A stretch of DNA of 43,875 bases, taken from assembly GCA_031269165.1 (NCBI GenBank), contig JAISZQ010000101.1, forward strand, positions 1 through 43,875, read 5' to 3'. Shown one piece after another: positions 43,787 through 43,875 of this stretch (the stretch's first letter is position 1; each line of letters opens with the position of its first letter). Below the pieces are notes generated by a model, which worked only from the letters and a program-made list of their open reading frames with translations, made no database searches and was not told where the DNA came from. The DNA comes from Spirochaetaceae bacterium. Its GTDB lineage: Bacteria; Spirochaetota; Spirochaetia; Treponematales; Breznakiellaceae. The position numbers and the translations under genes are program-made.

Positions 43787-43875
43787 CATGGGCCCGGCGG
43801 CGGTGGCACCCACCCCCCATAATAACCGAACCCCCCAGCCGGGGGCCCGCCCCCCGAAACCCCCCCCCAACCCCC

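Noticed and set aside
43790-43875. C-rich low-complexity tail (..CCCCCCAGCCGGGGGCCCGCCCCCCGAAACCCCCCCCCAACCCCC).
   Set aside because: It sits at the very end of the window and degrades progressively. This is most likely a contig-end sequencing or assembly artefact, so it is not interpreted biologically.

Overview
43.9-kb window, roughly 55-60% GC by eye. My guess is a Spirochaetota (Treponema-like) chromosome, but that is not verified. All calls rest on by-eye motif recognition and hand alignment; no searches were run.

Gene content, left to right:
- The 3' part of a RAYT/IS200-type Y1 transposase.
- A minus-strand block: ComFB-domain protein, DUF212/PAP2-like protein, a 456-aa membrane protein, then an rnfC-D-G-E-A-like operon.
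- A second minus-strand block: ssb, a 69-aa exported peptide, and a SAMHD1-like HD hydrolase.
- About 1.5 kb of non-coding repeat debris.
- A plus-strand beta-glucoside PTS locus (RAT, licT, bglF, bglA) interrupted by three tandem exported histidine phosphatases.
- The conserved rpmH-rnpA-yidD-yidC-jag cluster, then uvrD/pcrA.
- A uronate-oligosaccharide-type locus: esterase, a 789-aa lyase-like enzyme, a KdgF-like cupin, a CUT1 ABC importer and YesMN-type two-component genes.
- A terminal cluster: degenerate ROK-like regulator, TIM-barrel-like protein, IT-superfamily permease, orphan HyuA-like ATPase and an HExxH mini-protein.

Most notable observations:
1. The Rnf-like operon seems to have lost the canonical cofactor motifs in every subunit and has no rnfB.
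2. Nearly every intergenic space holds nested palindromic repeat families. These include REP-like GTCATTGCGAG/GAAGCAATCCAG arrays, TGTTCCAAAAC hairpins, a ~115-nt three-hairpin element with one compensatory change, and a GGAAAATGGAGAAT element abutting promoters.
3. bglF carries a G11 tract inside its coding region.
4. Exported phosphatases sit inside a PTS operon.
5. The last cluster is uncharacterised.

No rRNA, tRNA or CRISPR array was seen.
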